Shown here in pieces: positions 11,101 through 22,100 of a stretch of DNA of 64,000 bases. The position numbers and the translations under genes were made by a program. Within the stretch, counting starts at the first letter, position 1. Each line of letters starts with the position of its first letter. The DNA lies in the NCBI GenBank assembly GCA_044892525.1, contig CM097886.1, positions 183,136,312 through 183,200,311 of the forward strand. Reading direction: 5' to 3'. Under the pieces are notes generated by a model. The model was given only the letters and a program-made list of their open reading frames with translations, made no database searches and was not told the DNA's origin. Source of the DNA: Schmidtea polychroa (lineage: Eukaryota).

Positions 11101-14100
11101 TAAAGGTAGTCCGATTGTAATAAACCCAAGACGACAACCTATACATTTAATAGAAAAAATTGAAGAAAATATTCAAGAAATGTTGAAATATGGCATTATA
11201 TCAGAATGTACATCTCCTTGGAATTCTCCATTAGTATGTGTTAAAAAGAAAAACAGTAGTGATATAAGAATATGCTTGGACTACCGTGCTTTAAATAATA
11301 TAACCGAAAGACCGATTTTTCCCATTCCAAATACTGATGAATTATTAGAAATTCTTGACGGAGCAAAGTTTTTCTCGACAATTGATTTAGGCAATGCTTA
11401 TTATCAAGTAGAACTCGATGATGCATCAAAATTGAAAACAGCATTTTCGACAAAAAGCAAGCAATATTACTTTAACAGAATGCCATTTGGAATAGCAGCC
11501 GCACCAGCAACATTTCAAAGACTTCTCGTTTCCGCCAATGGAACATTAGTAAAAAGACTACACACATCAAACGAATCCATCATTTCATCATCAGAACTTT
11601 TCTTCAGTGCAGCAATGAATGAAGCAAATTCAAAGCTATCCTTACATTCGAACTCAGACGCCATTAAAGGTTTTAATAACCCATCCAAAAATTTGGCAAT
11701 TTTATATTGAGCGGTTCCTACCATCGATAACACTGGTCTCATAGGCATACCTGCTTTATGTACTTTTGGAAGACCATAAAACTGGTTTATATACAACGCC
11801 TGATAGTTTTTGTGAGTTTAAATATAAAAGGAATATGGTGAGAGGATTAGTGTTTCGTGCTTGGTCACTATCCTCCACGTTTGCTAATTCAGTAAAAAGT
11901 ATTGATGTATTAGTTGAGTTGTTACTTAAAAATGGCTACTCTAAATCTTCTCTTGAGAAGATGACAAAAGTGACCGTGGATAAGTTAATGTTTAAATCTG
12001 ATAACGTTGGTATGCGTACGTCTGAATCTGAGGTACCTATTGATCCTGAGGAAAGTACTAAGTTAAATTCGGAAAGTGACAAGAATCGATCCAATCGCAT
12101 GGAGCAGAAATATGTGTTAGTATTGCCTTATTCGGAGGGTTTCAGAGAATTTAAACATAAAATTCTCAAATATGTAGACAAGGATCAATTCAGGATTGTT
12201 TCCACTTCTTGCAAAGTTAGCAGTATGTTTACTAGTAAATGTCCAACGCCAATTGGTTTGTGTTCTGAGCTTGTGTATCAATTTTCATGTAATGGGTGTA
12301 ATGCCATATACATTGGAGAGACTGCCCGTCATCTCTGCACCCGAGTTCTTGAACACTGTCGACCAAAAGGATTGACTAATATTAGTAATCATGTTAGGAA
12401 ATGTGTCAGTAAAAAAATAGGTATCTCTGATTTTAAAATTATTTCAAAAGGTTTAAGTAATTATTGGGAACGAGTAACTTGTGAGGCATTGTTGATTAGA
12501 TATTTAAATCCAAAAATAAATGATCTAGTTGCCCGTTCCACGGAGATTTTGAATGTGTTTAAGTAATTGAAGGATGAAGGTTTGGAGTCGTGTTTGTGGT
12601 ATAATTATGTTTGTGTTTTGTAAATTATGTAATTTTTTTTAAATTTGTTAACTTTATGTTGAATGTTAAATGTTATTAAATTAAAATTTAATTTTAAAAT
12701 AATATGTATGTGGGGCTATGTAAAATATGGTTTGGTTTTTTAAAATATTGTTTTTGAAATATTTTTTTTTAAATTTTTGATACAGTTTGGAGATGATTAT
12801 TATTAGTTAATTTGTTTAGATATTGCATATTTTATGTCTTATTATTGATTATCCAGATTGCGGCCTGACGAAGATTGTTGTACAATTGAAATATATCGCG
12901 TTTATGTTGAATTTATTGAGTTGGCATTTCTGTATTATTAAATCATTGCCACGTTTTTTTGATTATTAATAATAATAATAATATTAATTATTATTATTAT
13001 AACAATCACTAAATGATGGCATCGATTTAAATATAAATAAAACGACAATCCAATATTAATAACTTTTTTTTAAAATTAAGAAATAATGAAATAACAAGTG
13101 ATTATAAAGTAAAATTATTTATTGGTATATTTTGGATAGAAAAATAGAAATCGTTAATGAATTGCATAATTATATCTTTCTTGAATGTTGCTTTTTAAAT
13201 TGCGTCTTTCAGAAGCTAGAGATATTCGTTTGAATGAGAATGCAAATGCCTTTATTGCTCTATTGATGCTAAATGTGCTAATGTTCATTGGAATTATTTC
13301 ATAAACTTGCGTTCGAATTGACTCTGATGTTATTGAAACATCCTCAAGAAAAAACCTCACGCAAATTCTTTTTCAGGCGTTAACAGTTTTCCTTCGTGGC
13401 TTTTCGTTGATTCAATCCTTCCACCTTTTTGTATACACGGATAACACTCGCAACTGTTTGGTAATTTATATTTAATTAGTTTGAAATTTCTTTTATGCTT
13501 TAGCTGGGATATATTTATCGTAAACAAATAGCTCATCGAATCTGACAGCTTCATACTTACAGAGATTTACATTCACCCTTAATATTTTGATTTTGACATC
13601 ATTATTGAAAAAAGAGAAATAATAATAATAATAATAATAATTTTAAATCAATAAATAATAATAAATTAATAAAATAACTTGTCAATATATTATATAATTC
13701 AGATAAATCAATAATTATTCCATTTCCACAAAGTTTATGAAATATTTCAACATAAAATCGATCGCCTTCACTCAAATGCGAAATTTAAAAAATTTAACAA
13801 ATCGATCTGACGCTTCATAAAATATTTATTTAAAATTCATAAATAAACAAATCAGATATTTTCTCACCGATTTGTCGTAAACCGTTTTCTTCATGATCGA
13901 TTCGACAAACAGATGATGGCCTTGATTGACAGCCAATTCCAGAAACGACAACTCGCCCTAATCAATATCAATACAAATACAAATAATTATTTGACCTTAC
14001 GATTCTGCGCTGCCCATTGATAGTGTGAGCAGAATTGAATCTCTTGAACCCGCTCATGTGCCCGTGAGTGATGCAGCGATAAAGGACGCACTGAAATTAT

Positions 14101-17100
14101 TTATTTATTGATTTATTCAAATAATCAGCTCACTTCTTTCATTAAATTTGCATTTTTGTCCATTTGTGCTGTCAATAATTCCATTGCATTATTGATTTCC
14201 TATTGATGAGAATATTAATTATATCAATCAATAAATCAATCAAACTTTATCATCAATTGGTTTGTCAAGGATTAATTTAATAATCTTATCAGCATTGGAC
14301 TTGATTGCTCCCTCCAGCACAGCCAATCCAGTCTAAATATCAATTATTAACCAATCAGAATATCACAAATTTACATAAATATTCTGCATTATGAAATCAG
14401 AAGATTTGAACAAATCACCAAATGCGATTGCATCATCCCGTTCAATGGCAGCAAATAACTGAAATATTTATTCAAATTGATTCATAATGAAATAATTCAC
14501 ACTTTCTCCGCATGAGTCAATAATTCCACGCAATCAGCACATTTATATTGCTTTGCTATATCCAGCGGACTCTTTCCATCCTAAATAAATAATCCAATCA
14601 AAATATCCGAATCAGCGAATCATTTAAACATCCCCATTCACAAACAGATCATTAAAGCCCTGTGGCAATAAATGGTACTAAAACCGACACTGCAAAACCG
14701 CGTGCAAAGTGTAAATACCCGTGAGATATCATGCTAAAGAAATAGTTGAGAAATGGCAAATCTGATCCGAATTACTAGCCAATGGAATTGCCGATTTGCA
14801 TTTATTAATGAATTCTGTCAGTGGAGATCTCCAAATAAATGAAGTCGACATTTCAATATTGCTTCATTCATTTCAGACATTTACTGCATAAAATCCTCCA
14901 GTGCAAGGAATAAATTGCCAGAAAAGCTGCTAGAAAAGCTTTTCATTCATTTTGAGGCGTTGCAGAAAATATTTCAAATAGCAAAAATTATTTCTGTTGA
15001 GAAGTGAAAAAGTGAATTAAAAATAAAATCGATAGCAAGGAAATAGCCAATTAAAATGCTGAATTTAATGTGAGAAGTAGAGAAATGCAAATTTACAGGA
15101 AATATTTTACATACCAAAACGTAAACAATATTTGTGATGAACATCTGGCCTGCACAATCAATATTCAGTGGCCATTGTTCTGCTTGCATTGCAATTATTG
15201 GCCTGATCTGTTTCACGGTAATTTTGATACAAATGCTATGTAAATATATAATTATTATTTTTAGCTTTGTTTTTATCATTATCATTAAATTATTTGTGAA
15301 ATGTCCGAAATATTGGCAAATACAAATGAGAAACCCGATGAGTATTCTGGCAATGAAAGCGATGAACATTATGACAGTGAATATATCATACAATAGTGAC
15401 AGCGACACTCCTGACAATGAAGGAGCTTCTTCGTCCTCAGAAAGCGAGAGTGAATATGAGAAATTTACAAAATAAAGGTGCGAATGTTACAGTTGATGAG
15501 CAACTATTTCCAACCAAGCTCGATGCTTTATAAATCATGACTTTGTTCTCACAATTTAGAAAGGTAAACCGAACTAAAGTTATTTTTAAACATAAATTCT
15601 CTTTCATTTTATAATAATATATCTGACCGAATGGCAAGGAAATGTAGCGTCAAATCTGGGCCTAGAATATGGCCGCTTCAAGTACCTTTCAATATGCTAG
15701 GCTTAGCTGCAATGAATGCCTCGATACCATATAAGAGAACCGCAGCAGATAACATATCAATATGCTAGGCATAGCTGCAATGAATGCCTCGATACCATAT
15801 AAGGGAACAGCAGCAGATAACATATCAATATGCTAGGCCTAGCTGCAATGAATGCCTCGATACCATATAAGGGAACTGCAGCAGATAACATATCAATATG
15901 CTAGGCCTAGCTGCAATGAATGCCTCGATACCATATAAGGGAACAGCAGCAGATAACATATCAATATGCTAGGCCTAGCTGCAATGAATGCCTCGATACC
16001 ATATAAGGGAACAGCAGCAGATAACATATCAATATGCTAGGCCTAGCTGCAATGAATGTCTCGATACCATACAAGGGAACTGCAGCAGATAACATATCAA
16101 TATGCTAGGCCTAGCTGCAATGAATGCCTCGATACCATACAAGGGAACTGCAGCAGATAACATATCAATATGCTAGGCATAGCTGCAATGAATGCCTCGA
16201 TACCATACAAGGGAACTGCAGCAGATAACATATCAATATGCTAGGCATAGCTGCAATGAATGCCTCGATACCATATAAGGGAATAGCAGCAGATAACATA
16301 TCAATATGCTAGGCCTAGCTGCAATGAATGCCTCGATACCATATAAGGGAACAGCAGCAGATAACATATCAATATGCTAGGCATAGCAGCAATGAATGCC
16401 TCGATACCATATAAGGGAACAGCAGCAGATAACATATCAATATGCTAGGCTTAGCTGCAATGAATGCCTCGATACCATATAAGGGAACTGCAGCAGATAA
16501 CATATCAATATGCTAGGCCTAGCTGCAATGAATGCCTCGATACCATATAAGGGAACTGCAGCAGATAACATATGCTGCTCAATACAAAATCAGAAAGCGT
16601 GTTACCAGTAAATATATCGACACCTTCAAATAGCCTCCATCTCACGCGTAAATGGCGTATGATTGGATATTGCAATAATAATAACATCACAAATAATTAT
16701 TTTCATTGCTTTTAATGAATTATTTCCAGTTTAATAATGAATATTATATTATAATTATATTTATTTATTATTTGATAATATGGCAGCGCATGTAAGGCTA
16801 CTTTATAAAGGTTATTTGCTAATCAATCGCTTCTGCTTGGGGAGCAAGATATTATATTTGATGGCCCATTGAAGCCATTATGACTGTTGCTGGTAGCAAT
16901 TGCTATGATTGTTATTGGCCGTTCTAGTGTTAGTTATCTAAATTGATAAATTATTGGCTGTTGGCAATGCAATTTGCTGCGGCGGCTGGTAAAGGGCAAG
17001 ATCACATGATAATGCTGTCACATCGATATTGGCCATATCGGGCCTGCAGGGAGCTATTGCATTCTCACCCCGCTAACGGTTCCATTGACACCTCATTCTG

Positions 17101-17690
17101 TGCTCTCTTGCCTCTCACTAGAGCTCTCTGAGGCAGTTCTCAATGGCATTTCATTCATTGCTCCTTATGCAATCCATTTCACATATTCAATTAACCAGAT
17201 CGCAACTCACCAGATTTAATTGATATTTCATTATATAAAATGTTAATGTTTACTTTTGTTCGGCAATCGATTCGGCATTTCCGCTGCAGCAATAATTTCA
17301 ATATTTCTGAATGCCCATGGCAGCTAGCATAATGAATCGCTCTCCATCCCTGCAATTTATCAATTGATTATTTATTTGCAATGATTATTTACCCATTTGT
17401 CCTCAGATTCCACATCGCAGTTGCGGTCAAGCAATAACCTGGCAATATCAACAAATCCATAACGGCAAGCAAAGTGAATGGGCAACCGGCCCTGAAATCA
17501 GAAACATTAACCCAATAATTCACATTGCCAATCAATCTCACATAATCATCAACAATCCTATGCACAAATTCTCCCCTCAAATTATCCCTGACGCCCTCCA
17601 CATTTCCCCTCATCAAGTGCTCCTTGAAACATTGAAAATCCCTGCAATGCAAATTATCCAATGCAAATCATAATCAATATTTCACCCCAT
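2134..17690 (-). CDS. Ankyrin-repeat + C-terminal RING-finger protein (probable E3 ubiquitin ligase), copy A, 21 exons, ~892 aa
   Basis: Hand-spliced exons: 17686-17690, 17542-17641, 17393-17491, 17254-17349, 14503-14580, 14375-14458, 14246-14332, 14134-14199, 14001-14090, 13868-13957, 7012-7110, 6858-6962, 6719-6817, 6569-6667, 6426-6524, 6340-6370, 3356-3651, 3196-3314, 2561-3155, 2321-2518, 2134-2277. All introns GT-AG, phases compatible, total 2679 nt with no internal stop. Ankyrin motifs include [58 protein letters not shown] and [15 protein letters not shown]. Last exon: [37 protein letters not shown]. The start ATG is tentative (further 5' exons possible). Confidence 0.88.
5325..6140 (+). 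pseudogene. Actin pseudogene with large internal deletion, inside intron 16 and antisense to the host gene (copy A)
   Basis: Reads [23 protein letters not shown], then directly [38 protein letters not shown], then [43 protein letters not shown]. These match canonical actin segments; stops and frameshifts present; interrupted by hAT sequence at 5788. Confidence 0.9.
5788..6075 (-). mobile_element. 288-bp single-end remnant of the Buster-like hAT that is full length in copy B
   Basis: Starts caggggtgcccactaattt and matches B from 35481 to ~35770; flanked by a 30-bp direct repeat (5758-5787 / 6075-6104). Confidence 0.9.
7990..8880 (-). mobile_element. Gypsy LTR-retrotransposon integrase remnant (copy A)
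   Basis: ORF 8391-8816 has rve-like [40 protein letters not shown]; the downstream minus frame reads [26 protein letters not shown] (GPY/F motif). Confidence 0.8.
8897..9625 (+). mobile_element. Tc1-like transposon remnant (copy A)
   Basis: Terminal cagtactgtgc at 8897; decayed N-terminus [51 protein letters not shown]; DDE-domain fragment [12 protein letters not shown]. Confidence 0.7.
9626..10030 (+). mobile_element. hAT (GTF2IRD2/Buster-like) transposase N-terminal fragment (copy A)
   Basis: [19 protein letters not shown]..., [15 protein letters not shown] and [18 protein letters not shown] motifs. Confidence 0.8.
10241..11522 (+). mobile_element. Gypsy gag(deleted)-protease-RT fragment (copy A)
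   Basis: Protease LLDTGA; RT motifs [50 protein letters not shown]. Most of gag is deleted relative to B; truncated by the Penelope-like insert. Confidence 0.92.
11523..12910 (+). mobile_element. Penelope-like retroelement with inverted 5' RT fragment (copy A)
   Basis: Minus strand 11523-~11780: [28 protein letters not shown] (PLE RT). Plus strand ~11780-12566: RT thumb plus GIY-YIG nuclease [28 protein letters not shown]. Confidence 0.9.
12861..12910 (+). ncRNA. Hammerhead-ribozyme-like motif in the PLE 3' region (copy A)
   Basis: CTGACGA (12865-12871), stem attgt/acaat, GAAA (12888-12891), stem tata/tatg with a G-U pair, then a GTT triplet. Stem I is weak. Confidence 0.5.
13154..13560 (-). 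mobile_element. IS630/Tc1-like transposase remnant (copy A)
   Basis: [34 protein letters not shown], typical of the HTH-linker region of Tc1/IS630-type transposases; fragmented. Confidence 0.6.
15301..16710 (+). mobile_element. piggyBac (PGBD4-like) transposase remnant with internal deletions (copy A)
   Basis: Acidic N-terminus from 15301; [14 protein letters not shown] at 15477; [30 protein letters not shown] at 15631; Cys-domain relic [12 protein letters not shown] after the array. No TIR/TTAA ends found. Confidence 0.8.
15691..16573 (+). repeat. 68-bp minisatellite, 13 units (copy A)
   Basis: Unit aatatgctaggcctagctgcaatgaatgcctcgataccatataagggaactgcagcagataacatatc; unit starts at 15691+68n up to 16507. 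Confidence 0.97.
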
Positions 17691-19179
17691 CTTGATATTT
17701 CCTTTCTGTTTTATCTATCAATTAATTCAAAAATCAATAAATTTAATTATAATTTAATTAACAAGTTCAAAATCAAAAAATCTTACTTCCTAAAATCCAA
17801 ATGAAATCAATTAAATAGCAGCCAATCAATTCTCAAGGCCAAATTATAAATTTGAAGCGATAAAACAAATCAATTGCAATCAATAATAAATGTAATATAT
17901 ATAATGGAATTGTCAGGCTGATAAAATTGATATTCAATATTCAATGCGAGAACCGAACGATCTGACGGATTCCCCCGATGCGGCAATTATTATCAATGAT
18001 TACAACATTCCATGGAGCTGCAAATATTATTATTATTATTCTTTGGTAACTTTCAAGTAATTTCCAATTATAATTTGCAAGCATTACACAAATGCCTAAA
18101 TATTATTTTAAATGCTCAATTATATCCACTCAAATCCTCATGCTAATAAATAACAATATTAATAACAATTTTATACAAATCATTTAATTGCTTTATAATT
18201 GCTGATATTTCATAACATCACATATAATTGTTACATAAAATGAATAAATTTATTAATTAAATAATAAATCAAATAGAAATTATATTAATAAATACAAAGA
18301 TGAAAAACATAAAAAATTAAACATTTGAATAATTATAAAAGCCAACATAATTATATAAACAAATATACAAAAATATTATAATGGTAATATAATTGAAAGC
18401 ACATTAACGCAAAACAAATATATTTCACTAAAACTGGAAATAATAATGCTTAAATTAAATCAGCAAATGTTTAACAAAAAATATCATAATATTCTAAAAA
18501 TTTAAATATTTTAATTTCAAATATATAATGCATTAGTAAGATGGGAAACTACTTACAAAATTATTAAAAGTTTGTTTAAAATTAATGGTTTTTTGAATTT
18601 GACTTTGGAATTTGATTTACTGTTCACCTCTTAAGTGGTAATTGATAACATTTTTGTGAACATAATTTTTCAAAGTTTCTCTATGTCTCAATTCGAATTT
18701 GGAATTTTCAGTTTTCATCATTATTTACAATCGTCTTTCTTCCAAAAGTGTATTGTTGGTTTCTGAACTATGCCGAAATTCCGAGCATTTTGAAAGCTAC
18801 AGAATATTATTATTTTTACTTCATGATTCATTAGTCGAGAACACTTCAGATCTATTTCAGGACGAGGAGATTTTAATCGGTTTTTCCTTATTAGTTTCAT
18901 TCATTAAATTGCTTCAAGTTACGATCAAGGACATTTTGGATTGGTACTTATTCTGAGGATCCATAAAAACTCGAGGTTTCGAGCTTATATGATATCACTG
19001 GAGTAATTACAAGATATAATTCTGCGTTCAATAAGGCTCATTTATAATTATTCATCTGACAATTCCACTCATATTTCATTAATGATTTTGCCAATCATGA
19101 CAGAAAATAGCTATTTTAGCTCCTCGGTTTATAAAAAATTGATCAAAGATTGAACCGTAACTAATAAAGCAATTGTTGG

Positions 19180-22100
19180 GTCGCTTAGGGGTGTGTCATT
19201 TTATTGCTAAAATGTTTTAGGGGTATTATATGTAAGGAATTGACTCCTTTCTAAACGCCTTAATGACTATTGTACTTTAGACCATCTGTGTACCCATGTC
19301 AGAGGTGTACGCAATGATTGAAAATCAATGACCAGGTGAGCTCTATTGCTAAAATTACTCCTTATTGCATTTTCTTTTCAGATTCTGGAATCCGATAAAA
19401 AGTCTTACGTCATTATTCAGTATCTGTTCTATCGCTAGATCATTGTCATGTTTTCATTTAACTGTGGTCTTCATTGCCCATTTCAATAATCTATTTTATG
19501 TATCCTTATGATTCTATAGCCCTTCAAATGTTTTATGGTCTGTTCTAATAACTACCTCTGTTCTATATATATGGCCTAAATTATTTCTATTGTTGAATAT
19601 CTTAATTGGGCACCTTTTAACGTTTTACTTGCATTAGCTATTACATAAACTTTACATTTTTCTTCTTCTTGTATTAAGACTGCCCCTACGGCTTTACCGC
19701 TGGCGTCAGTCATAACTATAAATTGTTTTTTAAAGTCTGGGTATCTTAATATTGGTGCAGTTACTAATTTTTCGTTTATTGATCAATGTTTTTGATGTTT
19801 TGCTGTCCATTTCTTTTGTGGTTTATTGATTTTATCGTTTATACTTTGTACTATGAACACATTTTTACTTTCTCCCTTGGTTTTTATTCCTTTAGTTAAT
19901 TCTATCATCGGTGCTTCTATTTTTGCATACTCTTGTATAAATTTACGATAATACCTTGTTAAACCTAAAAATCCTTGCACTTGTAATGTTTTTGGGACTG
20001 GAAACTTTTTTACAGCTTCAATTTTATCTGGGTTTAGTGTTATGCCCTCCACACTAACAATATGTTCCAAATATAACGCTGAGGGCTCCGCCCATTTACA
20101 TTTAGTTGATTTAATCTTTATCTTTGTCTTTCTTAATCGCTGTAATACGTTTGTAATGTCTTTTAAATGTTCCTCAAATGTTTTTGATGATATTAGTATG
20201 TCGTCCATGTAAACTGCGCAATGATGTACACCTACTAATATTGTATTCATTAAACGCTGGAAGGTTGATGGTGCATTGGTTAACCCAAAAGGTAATCTTT
20301 ATTTGCATAAATGGCTGAAAAATATTTAGAGTCTCTTAATTTATCAAATTGTTCTTGTGCTTTTGGAAATGGGTATGAGTCTTTTACTGTTACGTCATTT
20401 AGTTTATGATAGTCAATGCACATTCTTATTTCTCCATCTTTTTTTCTAACTGGTACTATTGGTAGTGCCCATTGTGAAAAACTTTGTTTAATTACACCTG
20501 CCTGTTTTAATTCTTTAATTTTTCGTTTTATTTCCTCCTTCAATTTATAAGGTACTCATTAGGGTCTTTGTTTTATGGGTCTATCATTATCTGTATCTAT
20601 CACATGTCTAATGATGTCTGTATCTCCTAAATTAAATTCATGTTTAGCAAAAACATCGTTACATTCATCAATTAAGGTTTCTAATTGTGATTGTTGATTT
20701 TCATTTAAATATTTATTATCAATTTTTACTTTATCGTAGAATTTTATGTTATTTGGTTTAACCAGTTCGACAACGTTTTCACTCGTATTCTCCGTTATTC
20801 ACATCTCACTTATTTCAATAATTTGTTCTGCTTTTCCTTTAAATAGCTTTCATAGTTTTGTATCTTTATGTATTTTTATATTATTATTTTCATAATTTGC
20901 AAATCGTATCAGGATTATTCCGTTTTTTGGAGTTACACACTCGTCTATCAGCATACATTGTGATTTTTTGTGATTGCCGTAACAAGCTCAAAAATAAAAG
21001 TGTCCTCACTTTTGATATTAACTTTTACAGGAACTATATGACTACATTTGTATTCTAGCTCTAAACCTTCTAAAACGATTACCTCTGAAAATTTTGCGTT
21101 ACGGTGGTTTGCTTTCCTTTTAACTGTACTATTTGTTAAATCTATCACACAATTTTCTAGTTTATTAAGTATGTCCATTCCAAGAACACATATGCTTTTG
21201 CACTCCTCAGCGACTTTAATATATATGATTTATTGTTTGACTTGCCAAATGGGCAGTTAGCTCAATGTTTTCTTTTAATGGAATATCGTGTGCTGACAAT
21301 GATACCACTCTTTCTCTTGTCGTTACAATATTTTTCTTTTGATTCTCTGTTAATTAACCCTCTCTTATCAATGATGCTGCTGCTCCTGTATCAACTTGAG
21401 CATATATGCTTATAATATCTATTGTTATTTGAAGTAGTGGTCTTGCTTCATTTGCCGATCCCCATAGGTCATTTATGCAAAGTTCCAAACTATAGCACCC
21501 GTATATATTTTCTGGGTATACCATGACAACCTTTGCTTAGTTTTGGCATCTTAATTTCAATATTATTTTCCATTTCTTTTAATAAATCTCTTTGATTATC
21601 GTATAGGCCTTTGCTTGGCTGTTGTTCTGATTCTTCCGGGTTTCTTCATCTTTTTCTATGATCATTATTTGCTGCTAGTCTTTTCTTTGTCTTTTTATTA
21701 ATCGGATCTATTTGTCATGTTTTGCTGTTATTAAATATTTCGCTATGAATGGACAAAAACATGCTATTAGCTTGTACGAATTTCCAAACACTTGTCTGAG
21801 CTACTTTAATGACACTAATGATGGGCAAATCATTTTCAATAGAGTCACTGTATAGTATATTCATAATATTGCTGAGAACATGTTTCCGAGGATTGCGAAA
21901 TATCCCAATATAATATATAATATTTGGTATAATACTCAGTATACCACCTTTTTTTAAATGTTCCTCTACCTGAATAGTTTCCATATATACTTCATAATCA
22001 TTGTAATTGCTCCGTTTATGACCTAATTGGTTTTGACTTCCTTAGTTATCGTTCTTAATTAGTTATTTCTGTTGACCATTTTAGTAATTCCCCTTCTTCT

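Noticed and set aside
10421-11710. 429-aa ORF as an intact pol with a novel C-terminus
   Set aside because: The tail after ATFQRL is read-through into the antisense Penelope RT fragment; the YxDD motif, RNase H and integrase are missing.
14974-15475. Hydrophobic membrane-protein-like ORFs on both strands
   Set aside because: AT-rich intronic sequence overlapping the piggyBac remnant; hydrophobicity reflects base composition and there is no motif support.
15691-16573. CRISPR array (also 48382-50896)
   Set aside because: Contiguous 68-bp units with no unique spacers, no cas genes, eukaryotic context; the unit derives from piggyBac sequence.
2134-17690. Naming the gene mind bomb (mib1/mib2)
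   Set aside because: The RING resembles the MIB terminal RING, but no ZZ finger, MIB/HERC2 domain or additional RINGs are visible; orthology is untested.
18700-19100. LINE RT remnants (also ~23200-23750)
   Set aside because: Only vague motif resemblance amid many stops; not supportable without a search.
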